From a virus (taxonomy: Duplodnaviria; Heunggongvirae; Uroviricota; Caudoviricetes): a stretch of DNA of 64,000 nucleotides. Below the pieces are notes generated by a model. It worked only from the letters and a program-made list of their open reading frames with translations, was not told the origin of the DNA and searched no databases. The position numbers and the translations under genes are program-made. This document shows positions 63,570 through 64,000 of this stretch, piece after piece (the first letter of the stretch is position 1; each line of letters begins with the position of its first letter). The DNA lies in the IMG/VR virus record IMGVR_UViG_3300012007_000008, positions 64,001 to 128,000 of that record, one strand, 5' to 3'.

Positions 63570-64000
63570 TTAGTCAAACCGCACTTTGTTGACAACATCC
63601 CCCAGATTCGAGTAACCATTCGGGGTCGTTTGCTCGAAGATCAGAGTGCGGAGGACGTATTTATTACTATCCACCGCATAGGGTCTGTTACCCACAATAT
63701 GAACCTGAAAACCAAAATCATTAGACCAGTCGAACTCGTCCTAGATCAAAGCAGCGATCAGGTCGTGCCTCGCGATCCCGGTTTCGCGGTCGTAAATATT
63801 CTTAGGATCAGCCAGAATATAGAAGATAATCTGTTGATACTTCTGAGTCGCGTTATACCGCGGCTGTTCTGTCATCGATGTCTCGAAACAGATGAAATTC
63901 TGAGCCTGAGTCTTGACTTCAGGAAGGACGAAGTACGGAATAATATACTTACCCACGTAAGCATCCGGGTCGTCATCGGGGTCAAGGTCTGGCGCATCAA
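63570..64000 (-). CDS. Tail completion/terminator-like protein, 5' end outside window
   Basis: Open frame with one TAG at 63741; TAA at 63570 abutting the next ATG. Confidence 0.6.

Noticed and set aside
1-64000. Standard phage code 15 (TAG=Gln)
   Set aside because: It fixes the ORFs equally well, but would require E-to-Q changes at nearly every diagnostic site, including a catalytic ExDG and positions that are E in the internal paralogues I read. Not fully excluded without alignment or MS.
1-64000. Pseudogenised prophage or G-to-T sequencing damage creating stops
   Set aside because: The interruptions I examined are TAG only; damage or decay would also create in-frame TAA/TGA and frameshifts. 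Frames hold over 12-19 kb.

Overview
The window is the late (virion and lysis) region of a large tailed phage. Long tape measure, siphovirus-like tail genes and GGAGG ribosome-binding sites suggest a Bacillota host. Nearly all genes lie on the minus strand. The supplied ORF track is misleading because TAG is not a stop codon here. Reading through TAG joins the fragments into in-frame, normally packed genes, and every gene end I could infer is TAA or TGA. At diagnostic positions (internal repeat paralogues and conserved family motifs) TAG consistently sits where glutamate is expected, not glutamine as in the known phage code 15. I infer a TAG=Glu reassignment, which I do not know to have been described in phages. 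Gene order right to left: tail completion-like genes, major tail protein, holins, multi-domain endolysin, DUF1064-like nuclease, tail chaperone, a ~6350-aa tape measure protein, a recoded free-standing endonuclease, distal tail protein, tail spike with S74 chaperone, a 2483-aa CotH/LRR tail protein, a ~3960-aa repeat tail fibre, LamG proteins and a second fibre. The left end holds a tyrosine-recombinase shufflon with at least 10 alternative C-terminal cassettes for a small fibre-tip protein. All gene calls come from manual translation and motif recognition; no database search was run. No suppressor tRNA was seen in the window.
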